Shown here: piece after piece, positions 1 through 8,674 of the stretch
Position numbering within the stretch: position 1 is the first letter of the stretch
Layout: every line of letters begins with the position of its first letter
Origin: an uncultured Bdellovibrio sp.
Lineage (GTDB): Bacteria > Bdellovibrionota > Bdellovibrionia > Bdellovibrionales > Bdellovibrionaceae
NCBI GenBank assembly: GCA_963932905.1
Contig: CAWVRN010000023.1
Coordinates: 10,372-74,371 of the forward strand
Reading direction: 5' to 3'
Length of the DNA: 64,000 bases
Notes under the pieces: generated by a model
The model's database searches: none
The model's input: only the letters and a program-made list of their open reading frames with translations
Told to the model about the DNA's origin: nothing
Position numbers and translations under genes: made by a program

Positions 1-702
1 ACACAGAAAATAAATTTCTTTTTTAGCGCCTTCGATTCCTAATCTGACAGCTAGGGTGCGTTTGTTCACTTTCGCATCGCCATCGATATCGCGTAGATTA
101 TTAATTGCGATTAGGACAGTGGCGTGCAAACCGATTTGTAAACCTAATAAGAATGAATTCATTGTCCACATTTTCGTGTGCAAGTAAAACAATCCCATCA
201 CGGCGGCTAACCCGAAAAATAAAATTACGAACAAATCACCTAGACCACGATACGCCAATGGATAGGGACCCGCCGTGTAGGCATAGCCCATCATCACAGA
301 GAGAATTCCAATGATCACGATCGGCTGACCACCTTCGTTCACTAAAGGCACACCAAACAAGATAGCCCCGATAAAAAACAAAGTCGCAAGTCCCAGAACT
401 TGCATGCTAGTTAAAACGCCAGCTTGAGTAATACGCTGAGGACCGATCCGTTCCGCAGTATCGGCACCTTTTTTAAAATCCATGGCATCGTTTACTAAGT
501 TCGTGCCGATTTGGATCAGGAAAGACGCAATCAAGGCATACGCAAAGATCCACCACTGAAATTTTTGGTCAGCAGTAGAAGCCAATGCTGTTGCAGCCAC
601 GCAAGGCACTAACGAAGCCGTTAGTGTCTTTGGACGAAACGCCAAAACAACGCTTTGGAATTTGTTTTTAATAACTGGAGAGGACGTTGTTGCTGTTGTC
701 AT
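1..702 (-). CDS. menA: 1,4-dihydroxy-2-naphthoate octaprenyltransferase (partial, runs off window start)
   Basis: Manual translation from ATG at 702 (TAATG overlap with the menB stop): [31 protein letters not shown]...[27 protein letters not shown]...[18 protein letters not shown]...[23 protein letters not shown]; these are UbiA/MenA motifs. Not in the ORF track because there is no stop in the window. Confidence 0.92.
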   Translation of the reverse strand, partial: MTTATTSSPVIKNKFQSVVLAFRPKTLTASLVPCVAATALASTADQKFQWWIFAYALIASFLIQIGTNLVNDAMDFKKGADTAERIGPQRITQAGVLTSMQVLGLATLFFIGAILFGVPLVNEGGQPIVIIGILSVMMGYAYTAGPYPLAYRGLGDLFVILFFGLAAVMGLFYLHTKMWTMNSFLLGLQIGLHATVLIAINNLRDIDGDAKVNKRTLAVRLGIEGAKKEIYFLC

Positions 703-1589
703 TACGGTAAACGTGGGAATTTAGAGAAATCCGGTTTTTGTTTCTTCACGTAAGCATCGCGACCTTCTTGAGCCTCTTCGCTCATGTAGTAAAGAAGAGT
801 CGCATTACCCGCTAGATCTAAAAGACCCATTTGACCATCGCAGTCTGCGTTCAAGCATGCTTTCAAGCAGCGTAACGCCATCGGTGAATGCTCCAGCATT
901 TCACGGCACCATTTTACAGTTTCCATTTCTAGATCTTCTAATTGAACTACGTGATTTACTAAGCCCATGTCTAAGGCTTGTTCCGCATTGTACTGACGGC
1001 ATAGGTACCAAATCTCGCGCGCTTTCTTCTGACCAACGATACGAGCCAAGTAGCTTGAACCAAGGCCGCCATCGAATGATCCTACTTTTGGACCGGTTTG
1101 ACCGAAGCGAGCATTGTCAGCTGCGATCGTTAAGTCACACACGATGTGAAGAACGTGTCCCCCACCGATAGCATAACCAGCCACCATCGCCACTACGGGT
1201 TTAGGTAGCTGACGAATTTGTTTTTGTACGTCTAAGATATTTAAACGAGGAATACCATCTGATCCAACGTAGCCAGCATCACCGCGAACGCGTTGATCGC
1301 CGCCAGAGCAGAATGCCATCGGGCCCTCACCACACAGAATGATTACGCCGATCGATGAGTCTTCGCGAACGATGTGGAAAGCTTCCTGAAGTTCTAGAAC
1401 AGTTTGTGGGCGGAAAGCATTTCGGCTTTCTGGGCGATTGATCGTGATTTTACCGATACCATCGGCCGTTTTCTCTAAACGAATGTCGTTGTATTTTTTG
1501 ATGGTTTGCCAATCAGCGGCTGGCTTGATTTTGCGGCTTTCGTTTTTCATGTATTCTTCGCGGTTGAATTCGGTAGTGTTTGTAGTCAC
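702..1589 (-). CDS. menB: 1,4-dihydroxy-2-naphthoyl-CoA synthase
   Basis: Crotonase motifs [31 protein letters not shown]. Start moved to GTG at 1589, which follows an AAGGGG RBS. Confidence 0.96.
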   Translation of the reverse strand: MTTNTTEFNREEYMKNESRKIKPAADWQTIKKYNDIRLEKTADGIGKITINRPESRNAFRPQTVLELQEAFHIVREDSSIGVIILCGEGPMAFCSGGDQRVRGDAGYVGSDGIPRLNILDVQKQIRQLPKPVVAMVAGYAIGGGHVLHIVCDLTIAADNARFGQTGPKVGSFDGGLGSSYLARIVGQKKAREIWYLCRQYNAEQALDMGLVNHVVQLEDLEMETVKWCREMLEHSPMALRCLKACLNADCDGQMGLLDLAGNATLLYYMSEEAQEGRDAYVKKQKPDFSKFPRLP

Positions 1590-1684
1590 GTTAAACCCCT
1601 TTTCTGCTGTTTTTTTAGAGGTCCTGAACCTACTCCGACTTGTCAGGGATTGCAATTATTCTTAAGCTTGGGCAGGATAGGTTT

Positions 1685-2203
1685 ATGCAGAAAAATGCTC
1701 ATGAAATCCTGGTTTTCGCAACCGGGGGTACAATAGAAAAGACTTATAATGAATTTGATGGATCGCTTGAAAACCGCGGCACCAGCATCAAGAACCGTAT
1801 CTTATCGAAACTACGTCTGCCAGGCACGTTTATCGAAGTCAAACCACTGATGAGCAAAGATTCGCTCTATATGACGGATGACGATCGCAAAGTGATCTGC
1901 CAAAACATTCGCGAAAACGCAGGCGGGCAGAAACCCATTGTCGTCCTACACGGAACCGACACGATGACGGTAACGGCCGAGTACTGCCACAAAGAAATTC
2001 AAAAACCAAAAGTCCCCATCGTTTTCACCGGCGCCATGATCCCTATGGGCTTCGAAGATTCCGACGCCACTCAAAACGTAACCGAAGCCCTATACGCCAC
2101 AAGGTTCCTGCAGCCCGGCTTCTACATCTCATTCCACAACCAAATCTTCGCCGTCCCCGGCGTCCGCAAAAACAAAGAAAAAAGCACCTTCGAAAAAACA
2201 TAA
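1685..2203 (+). CDS. short-chain L-asparaginase family protein (N-terminal catalytic domain only)
   Basis: ATGGTI and HGTDTM catalytic Thr motifs, plus FTGAM; about 172 aa from ATG 1685. Confidence 0.85.
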   Translation: MQKNAHEILVFATGGTIEKTYNEFDGSLENRGTSIKNRILSKLRLPGTFIEVKPLMSKDSLYMTDDDRKVICQNIRENAGGQKPIVVLHGTDTMTVTAEYCHKEIQKPKVPIVFTGAMIPMGFEDSDATQNVTEALYATRFLQPGFYISFHNQIFAVPGVRKNKEKSTFEKT

Positions 2204-2274
2204 AAGGTACCTCCTAACATTCTGGTACCCGCAGCGTCTAATGCGCCGGGTACCAGAATGTTAGGAGGTACCTT
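2204..2274. repeat. perfect 28-bp inverted repeat with 15-nt loop
   Basis: AAGGTACCTCCTAACATTCTGGTACCCG (2204-2231) and its exact reverse complement (2247-2274). Confidence 0.95.
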
Positions 2275-2299
2275 CAAATAAAAGTAGCCTGGCACCAAT

Positions 2300-2334
2300 A
2301 AAAAAGGCTCCGTGTGGAGCCTTTTCGTTTTTTT
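2300..2334. terminator. bidirectional intrinsic terminator between the convergent asparaginase and fliW genes
   Basis: AAAAAAGGCTCC-GTGT-GGAGCCTTTT followed by a T-run. Confidence 0.8.
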
Positions 2335-2351
2335 AATTTGTAATTAAATTT

Positions 2352-2879
2352 TTATAGAGATTTGTCGGCTTCTTTTTTGATCTTAACGATGACATCGGAT
2401 TCTTGGATTTGATCTTTGATGGTCATAGTTGGATTTTGAACGACACGTTGTTGTAGTTTTGTGAAGATCGGCTCTCTGATCGCTAGTGAATTGTCTTGTA
2501 GAACGCACTGGCGGCAGATTTTTTTATCTAGGTTGATAATGATCGGAGCCTTCATGTTTGCCGACATTTGTGTTGGATCATCTGGGATAGTGATAATGCA
2601 CAAGTATTTTGTTTTTTCAGTCGGTTGAAGACGTAAGTTTTCGGCGTCTGTTTTTGTTAGGTTTACTTTGTATGTGTGAGCAAATAATTCTGGCTCTAAT
2701 ACAGGGAACGCAATTTCTGGAGTTTCGCAGCTTTGAAGCCAGATGAAGATTTCGTCGGCAGGATCATCTACCAAAACGAATTGACGTAAATCCGAAAATC
2801 CCAACAACCCCTCTGGAAAATTCAAAATGTCGTCGGCTTCAAACATCACCGGACCAAATCTTGAAGTTTGAATTACCAT
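2352..2879 (-). CDS. fliW: flagellar assembly factor FliW (CsrA antagonist)
   Basis: TSRFG, FPEGLLGF, WLQS, ANMKAPIIIN motifs; adjacent to csrA. Confidence 0.95.
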   Translation of the reverse strand: MVIQTSRFGPVMFEADDILNFPEGLLGFSDLRQFVLVDDPADEIFIWLQSCETPEIAFPVLEPELFAHTYKVNLTKTDAENLRLQPTEKTKYLCIITIPDDPTQMSANMKAPIIINLDKKICRQCVLQDNSLAIREPIFTKLQQRVVQNPTMTIKDQIQESDVIVKIKKEADKSL

Positions 2880-3231
2880 GTTAATCCCCCCACGTTAGTT
2901 CACTTAGTGCCATGAACACCTCACGACTTAAACTAAATCAACTTACTCCAATTTTAACCTTTTACGGGCTAAATACCTAAAAATTAGATACATAAGCCTA
3001 GCGCAAAGGTTAGCCCACACTTAAAATCTGGACTTAAATAGAGGTAAACTCAAGAGAATTGACGAAAGCGTTCTGCGTCGCTCCAATAGGTTGCTTGGGG
3101 AGTTTTATACCCCGAGAGTTGATAAATCCCGCAATAAGGTTTTATTTTCTAATTGTTAAAGGGCATTTAAGGACAAAATAGGACTGAAAACGGGCTGTAG
3201 ATTAGGGCCTCGCATTTGGCGAAGCCGAAAA

Positions 3232-3468
3232 TTATTTTGAAGTCGGCTTAAGTAAACTAGCGACTGATTTAGATTTGTCAGATGAAACTTGAGATGACTC
3301 TTTGTTTTGATCTTGGATGGCTAAGTAAACTTCTTCGCGATGAATTTTTGTATCTTTAGGAGCTTCAATGCCTAAGCGGACTTGTTTGCCTTTGATTTGA
3401 ACGACGCGAATCTTGATATGATCATCGATCGCAATGCTTTCACCCAACTTCCGTGTGAGAACGAGCAT
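3232..3468 (-). CDS. csrA: carbon storage regulator CsrA
   Basis: [18 protein letters not shown]...[19 protein letters not shown]. Confidence 0.98.
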   Translation of the reverse strand: MLVLTRKLGESIAIDDHIKIRVVQIKGKQVRLGIEAPKDTKIHREEVYLAIQDQNKESSQVSSDKSKSVASLLKPTSK

Positions 3469-3508
3469 ATATACTCCTTATAAATGCTAACTAACCTTAT
3501 GTGTCTTC

Positions 3509-3535
3509 GTATCGGTTGTGTTAACGAGAACTGTA
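3509..3535 (-). promoter_or_regulatory. sigma28 (FliA)-like promoter of csrA
   Basis: Minus strand TACA-N15-ACCGATAC versus consensus TAAA-N15-GCCGATAA. Confidence 0.6.
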
Positions 3536-3567
3536 GGTATTATTTCTCCGTCCCAAAGTCAAGTGGG

Positions 3568-3713
3568 GGGCACACGCTTTTGGTCTGACTGTTCGTTCGG
3601 GGGCGCCTAGCCTCCGCGTCGCCTCTCCCTGCGACGTGGCTCTGCCACGCCTCAGTCGGGCTCCTTGACTGGCCGTCCGCGTGGGCCTCGATTCAGACCA
3701 AAATCGTGAGCCC
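3568..3713. repeat. structured interspersed element, copy 1
   Basis: Outer inverted arms 3568-3588 and 3693-3713 (19/21 complementary); 50-nt core 3616-3665 is 47/50 identical to 8495-8544. Confidence 0.9.
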
Positions 3714-3832
3714 GGGTGTGGGGAGTTCCTTTTTGGAACTCTTTCTGTAATTGTCTTAACTTGCTTAAAACCTGCACTGCGTGAGGTTTTTGCGCCAATT
3801 AAGGAAAATTGTTAGAGATTTTTTAGGCTCTT

Positions 3833-4117
3833 TTATAATTTTCTTTTGTAATACTGCTTCGCTAGAATTTCTGTCGCTAGGAAGCTCATCGATAAAATGA
3901 AGAGCATGTAAAGTGCGTTTGTTTCTGGGTAAAAAATATAAACTGTGGATATTAACACTAATGCGGTTGCTGTTAGTTTGCTGACTAGGGCTTGGGTTTT
4001 TAGTTCTATTAGGTGGTAGCGTTCGTCTTTGATTTCGTTTCTTGTTAATAATTCTATGACTACGTAAATGGCTGTACAGGATATGATTGTGATTTGCATC
4101 CAGTTTAGGGTGATCAT
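3833..4117 (-). CDS. small membrane protein (about 3 TM, DUF2178-like) translationally coupled to an XRE regulator
   Basis: Start MITLNWMQ at 4117 overlaps the XRE stop (ATGA); hydrophobic segments with a KDER motif after TM1. Confidence 0.7.
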   Translation of the reverse strand: MITLNWMQITIISCTAIYVVIELLTRNEIKDERYHLIELKTQALVSKLTATALVLISTVYIFYPETNALYMLFILSMSFLATEILAKQYYKRKL

Positions 4118-4359
4118 GGTTTTGATTCCTCTTCTAGTGAGAAAATATCTTCTACTTTTACCTTTAAGGCGTTTGCCAGTTTTAATGCTAGTTCTACTGA
4201 TGGGACGAATTTTGAGGTTTCTATCGAAATTATTGTTTGTCTTGAGCATCCAACTAGGTCGGCTAACTGTTGTTGGGTTAGGTCGCCTTGCATGGCGCGA
4301 TAGCCCTTAACCTTGTTTTTTAACTCAGCTTTTTTCAATTCAGCCACGCTCAGATCCAA
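4114..4359 (-). CDS. XRE/Cro-C1 family HTH transcriptional regulator
   Basis: LTQQQLADLVGCSRQTIISIETSKFVPSVELALKLA is a classic HTH_3 signature. Confidence 0.92.
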   Translation of the reverse strand: MDLSVAELKKAELKNKVKGYRAMQGDLTQQQLADLVGCSRQTIISIETSKFVPSVELALKLANALKVKVEDIFSLEEESKP

Positions 4360-4364
4360 TATAA

Positions 4365-4422
4365 GTAAAATATACTTTACTTTATGTAAAGTATAGCGTA
4401 CATTAAGTACAGTATGCAGTAC
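4365..4422. promoter_or_regulatory. three tandem 16-bp pseudo-palindromic operator boxes at 21-bp period
   Basis: GTAAAATATACTTTAC (4365), GTAAAGTATAGCGTAC (4386), GTACAGTATGCAGTAC (4407), in the divergent XRE/signal peptidase promoter region. Confidence 0.75.
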
Positions 4423-4454
4423 TTATATATAACTGCTTTTACCTAAGGAGCAAC

Positions 4455-5009
4455 ATGAAATTTATCAAATATAATCCCGCCGAGCTTAAAAAACTGTCGA
4501 TGTATGTGTTTATCGCCTTCACCATCCGTTGGGGTGTGGCTGAGGCTTATCGCATACCTACCGAAAGTATGAACCCAACGCTAAAACCAGGAGATCAGAT
4601 TTTCGTTAATAAGGCTCAGTATGGTGTTCGTCTGCCGTTCACTATGACTTGGTTGTTTCATACAGGTGAAGTGAATCGTGGCGATGTGGTGGTGTTTAGG
4701 TACCCTAAAGATGAATCTACTTATTATGTGAAGCGAGTGATTGGGCTGCCAGGCGAGCAAGTTTACGTCGATGTGACGGGAACAGTGTTTGTAAATGGTG
4801 TCGCGCAGATTGAGGACTACACCGCAAAAAAAATAGGGAGCGCGATTTCAACGATGGCTCCCTATGGTCCCGTCACTGTGCCGGCGGATCAGTTGTTCGT
4901 GTTAGGGGATAACCGTGACAACTCGGCCGACAGCCGCGTTTGGGGTTTCTTACCCAAAACCCACCTGATGGGCAAAGTCGCCTTCAAGTGGTTTAGCTGG
5001 GTGGATTAA
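4455..5009 (+). CDS. lepB: signal peptidase I (S26)
   Basis: IPTESMNPTL (catalytic Ser), YVKRVIGLPG (catalytic Lys), GDNRDNSADSR. Probably an accessory paralogue. Confidence 0.93.
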   Translation: MKFIKYNPAELKKLSMYVFIAFTIRWGVAEAYRIPTESMNPTLKPGDQIFVNKAQYGVRLPFTMTWLFHTGEVNRGDVVVFRYPKDESTYYVKRVIGLPGEQVYVDVTGTVFVNGVAQIEDYTAKKIGSAISTMAPYGPVTVPADQLFVLGDNRDNSADSRVWGFLPKTHLMGKVAFKWFSWVD

Positions 5010-5012
5010 CAA

Positions 5013-5735
5013 CTAAGGATTAATTTGTTTTAGTTTGTCTTGGCATTGAAAAGCGAAAGTAAATGTTTCAAGTACTTTACCACGGATGCTCTTAAGAACA
5101 TTGTCTGCACAGAACAATTTGCCCTTGATAGTTTTAAGAGTATCATCGCACTGGTATGAGAACGTAAACGTATGAATTGTTTCGCCGTAGACATTTTTCA
5201 ATTTTCCACCAGCACAGAATAGTTGGCCTTTGATATTTTTCAGAGCGTCGTCACATTGGAAAGCGAAAGTAAATGTTTCAACTTCTTTGCCGTTCACGTT
5301 TTTCAAAACGTTGTTAGCGCAGAAAAGACGGCCAGTGATTTTTTGTACTGATTCTTCACACTGATAAGCGAATGTGAACTGGTGAACGTCTCTGCCATTT
5401 ACGTTTTTAAGAACGTTATTTGCACAGAACAAAGGACCTTTGATTTTTTTAAGTGAATCTTCGCATTGGTAAGCGAATGTGAATGTGCTAATAACTTTAC
5501 CGCGCAAGTTTTTTAATTCATTATTAGCGCAGAATAGTGGACCAGTGATCTTTCTAAGTGTGTCTTCACATTGGTAAGAAAAGGTGAATTGGTGAAGCGT
5601 ATCACCATTTGAATTCTTCAAAACACTGTTAGCGCAAAATAGATTTGGGCGGCGAGGTGAAAAATCATCTTCCTCATCCCAAACTTGTGCGAATGAAAAA
5701 CTAGCTAATAAAACGATCGATAAAATTAATTTCAT
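5013..5735 (-). CDS. secreted protein with six 35-aa two-Cys tandem repeats
   Basis: Signal peptide MKLILSIVLLASFSFA, then 6 copies of LFCAxxxLKxxxGxxxxxFTFx[YF]QCxxxxxxIxG. Confidence 0.85.
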   Translation of the reverse strand: MKLILSIVLLASFSFAQVWDEEDDFSPRRPNLFCANSVLKNSNGDTLHQFTFSYQCEDTLRKITGPLFCANNELKNLRGKVISTFTFAYQCEDSLKKIKGPLFCANNVLKNVNGRDVHQFTFAYQCEESVQKITGRLFCANNVLKNVNGKEVETFTFAFQCDDALKNIKGQLFCAGGKLKNVYGETIHTFTFSYQCDDTLKTIKGKLFCADNVLKSIRGKVLETFTFAFQCQDKLKQINP

Positions 5736-5926
5736 GAATTCTCCTTCAGATTGTTATGCAATACCACAGCGGTTCTAGTAAGAAGAAGGCCGAAAGTAAA
5801 TTGAAAAAAACTCACAGTCTGAAAGAAGTATGCGATCGGTAAGTGAAGATGCGTAAGCTTCAGTGAAAATGCAGAAATTTAAAAACTGGTTTGAAAAAAG
5901 TAATCAGCTAACGATGTAAAGAAATT

Positions 5927-7009
5927 TTATTTCAAGAAATCCAGCAAGCTTGGCTGAATCATTTTACCTGACGTATCTAAAGTCGCCTTTAAGGCCGCGT
6001 CAGTCTTATTGATATCGGAAACTAGCTTAAACACGTCAGCGTCTTCTAATTGGGACGCCACGATTTTATTATCCACAATCGCCTTTTGGAGGGAATCTTG
6101 GGAACCGTTGACGGCCATGATTCTTGAGCCCACTTCTGAGCGTCCCAATACCACTTGCGATAAGGATTGATCTAACATGTCCATGGCATTTTGAATGCCT
6201 TCTTTATCATTTGTTTTTAATGAAATTTCTAAACCTTTGATGACTTGGAAAATGTTAACACCTGCGTCGCCATTGGTAGGATCTTTTTCACCAATATGGT
6301 TAGGGGAACCAGCGTTGGCAGGACCACGCAGTTGTATTTTGCTTTCCTGATCTTCTTCCATCATTTGTTTGGATTCTTGTTCGCGTACTTTGATGCCTTC
6401 AAGATCATCAATAGATTGAGGCGTAATCTGCCCCGGACGGACCATGCCATCGACTTCAAAGCCTTTACCCATAAATACTTTGCTGCCGGGTAAATTCACC
6501 GCCAGGAATTGGTCTTTTTGTGTTTGTACTTTTAAGTCGCCATCATCACCAGCGTATTCGCCAGCGATATTAAATGGCATTGTCTGAGTTTTAAATCCCG
6601 AAAAGATATAACGTTCGCCCAGTTTACGGTTACCAATTTGTACCGCTTGATTGTAAATCTGTTCGATTTCTTTTGCTGTCATCGCACGCGATTGCGGATT
6701 TGCCGAAGCATCATTGGATTGACTGATCGCCAGTTCTTTAGCACGAACTAAAAGTTCAGATAATTCACCCAAAGACTGATCCGAGAATTCTAAAAACGAT
6801 TTTGCTTGATTGATGTTCTTGACGAACTGAGCATTTGTTTTTTCTTCGGTACGGCTAGCTAATACGCGCGTCGTTGCCAAAGGATCATCAGAGGGTTTGT
6901 TAATACGACGTTGAGTAGCCGCTTGATTCTGCAAATCAGCCATATCAGTACGATTCTTACTGATATTTTTTTGAACTTGGTTGTATTGCATTTTATCCGC
7001 GATTCTCAC
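5927..7009 (-). CDS. flgL: flagellar hook-associated protein 3 FlgL
   Basis: RRINKPSDDP N-terminus, SLLDFLK C-terminus; directly downstream of flgK. Confidence 0.95.
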   Translation of the reverse strand: MRIADKMQYNQVQKNISKNRTDMADLQNQAATQRRINKPSDDPLATTRVLASRTEEKTNAQFVKNINQAKSFLEFSDQSLGELSELLVRAKELAISQSNDASANPQSRAMTAKEIEQIYNQAVQIGNRKLGERYIFSGFKTQTMPFNIAGEYAGDDGDLKVQTQKDQFLAVNLPGSKVFMGKGFEVDGMVRPGQITPQSIDDLEGIKVREQESKQMMEEDQESKIQLRGPANAGSPNHIGEKDPTNGDAGVNIFQVIKGLEISLKTNDKEGIQNAMDMLDQSLSQVVLGRSEVGSRIMAVNGSQDSLQKAIVDNKIVASQLEDADVFKLVSDINKTDAALKATLDTSGKMIQPSLLDFLK

Positions 7010-7025
7010 GTCAATAATCCTTTAA

Positions 7026-8438
7026 TTACAGTCGTTTCAAGTTTAATACAGTATCGAACATTTCATCCGCTGTTCTAATCAAGCGGGCAGATGCATCATA
7101 TGCTTTCTGCATCTCGATCATCTTTGTTGCCTCTTCATCTAAACTGACACCGCTGATACTTTCGCGAATGTTTGTTAGTTGATCTAAAATATTTTTTTGT
7201 GATTCAAATGTTTTCACTGCACGCTGCGAAATTGTACCAATCTGACCAACTTGCGAAATGTAGTAGTCATCCATTGTCGAATTACCTTCATCCATTACCT
7301 TTTGGTATTGAAGGGATCCGATGATGTTAGCGATCGTATTATCCCCTGGACTGTCGGGGCGGGCAGCGACAGAAACTTTACCGGCGTCTAATTGAACCCC
7401 TTCGCTGATGGCTAACGTTTCCGAAGCACCTTTGATGTCTTTAGGGAGATCAAAGAACGAGTTATTTGTTTTGCCATAGCGATCGTAACCCGCTTCATGG
7501 GCAGTGTTAACTTCGTCTGCTAAACGGTAAGCCAAGTTATCAATAGTATCTAAATGTTTTTCAATAATATCATCGCGAACTTCTAAAGCACCGCCGATTT
7601 TGCCGCCGCGAAATTGGTTGGTCACATTAAAAAGGCTACCTTTATCAGTTGAGCGATAGAAAAGTTCAACACGGTCACGTTCGTCGGTGTGCGCGGCTTT
7701 TAGTTCATTCGCGCTAGTACCTGAAACGAGAATGGCGGTATTACCTGCAGTGATGGTCAGCATCCCGTTGTTGCCTTCACCCCAAGTAATATCGACTTTC
7801 TCGCCTAGTTTTTTTACCAATAGGTCTCGACGATCGCGTTCGTCGTTGGCTGGTACGTTTTGAATTTCGACTAATTGAATTTTTTCATTCAATGAAGCAA
7901 TCTCTTTAGAAATCTGATTAATTTCTTCGGTCGTTGTTTTGATTTGGCCATCTAAGTCTGTTTGAACATCTTTCAATTGCTTGTTCATGTTCTTAAATGT
8001 TCCCACTAATGTATTCGCTGTTTCGCGAACCATCGTACGTGATGCTAAACTTTCCGGAGTGTTAGATAATTCGCGGAACGAATTGAAGAATTCATTTAAC
8101 TGGTGATTTAAACCTTTCGTTCCTTGTTCATTGTACACTTGTTCCACACGTCCCAAAGCATCAGCCTTAGTCTCCGCTTGGCCCAAATTCATTTGCTCGC
8201 GTTGGATTTGCTTTTCTAACCATGGATTGTTAACACGAGAAACCTGGCTGGCTCTAGCACCCATACCAATACGTAAGTTTCCAGAGCCAATCGGTTCGTT
8301 CGTCACTAGATCGACACGTTGACGAGAATACCCTTCTGTACTTTTATTGGCGATATTGTGCGATACAGTCTGTAAGGCTGTTTGGGCGTTCGATAGAGAT
8401 CTTTTTCCCACGTCCATCATGGACGAAATCTTAGACAT
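7026..8438 (-). CDS. flgK: flagellar hook-associated protein 1 FlgK
   Basis: HNIANKSTEGYSRQR, SGVSLDEEA, QKAYDASAR. Confidence 0.97.
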   Translation of the reverse strand: MSKISSMMDVGKRSLSNAQTALQTVSHNIANKSTEGYSRQRVDLVTNEPIGSGNLRIGMGARASQVSRVNNPWLEKQIQREQMNLGQAETKADALGRVEQVYNEQGTKGLNHQLNEFFNSFRELSNTPESLASRTMVRETANTLVGTFKNMNKQLKDVQTDLDGQIKTTTEEINQISKEIASLNEKIQLVEIQNVPANDERDRRDLLVKKLGEKVDITWGEGNNGMLTITAGNTAILVSGTSANELKAAHTDERDRVELFYRSTDKGSLFNVTNQFRGGKIGGALEVRDDIIEKHLDTIDNLAYRLADEVNTAHEAGYDRYGKTNNSFFDLPKDIKGASETLAISEGVQLDAGKVSVAARPDSPGDNTIANIIGSLQYQKVMDEGNSTMDDYYISQVGQIGTISQRAVKTFESQKNILDQLTNIRESISGVSLDEEATKMIEMQKAYDASARLIRTADEMFDTVLNLKRL

Positions 8439-8460
8439 CCTGTCCCTTTCTTCGAGAGTC

Positions 8461-8577
8461 GCGCGGTTTAAAGCGCCAAACTCTTCGTTCTCCTGCGTCG
8501 CCTCTCCCTGCGACGTGGCCGAGCCACGCCTCAGTCGGGCTCCTAGTCGGCCTCGATTTTGTCCCTTTAAACCGCGC
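8461..8577. repeat. structured interspersed element, copy 2
   Basis: Outer arms 8461-8480 and 8558-8577 (18/20 complementary); core 8495-8544 shared with copy 1. Confidence 0.9.
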
Positions 8578-8674
8578 TCAATTTTGTTAGACGCGCTTGG
8601 GATCGAGGGTTTTTGGCTCGTTCATTCTGAACTTCGCCTTTTGTTAGATCTATTTGATCTAACGTTTTGAAGCT

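Noticed and set aside
105..314. 69-aa plus-strand ORF and the other short antisense or nested ORFs in the track
   Set aside because: Shadows of well-supported genes (here menA); no motifs or start signals.
3833..4359. XRE plus small protein as a toxin-antitoxin or prophage remnant
   Set aside because: The partner is a multi-TM protein with no toxin motif, and no phage genes are nearby.
5842..5873. AGTGAAGATGCG / AGTGAAAATGCA direct repeat downstream of flgL
   Set aside because: Two short imperfect copies; too weak to call an operator.
3616..8544. Two near-identical 50-nt sequences as CRISPR repeats
   Set aside because: Only two copies 4.9 kb apart, no spacer periodicity, no cas genes.
8347..8670. 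107-aa plus-strand ORF across the flgK start and the repeat
   Set aside because: Antisense to flgK, no SD, open only because the element is GC-rich.
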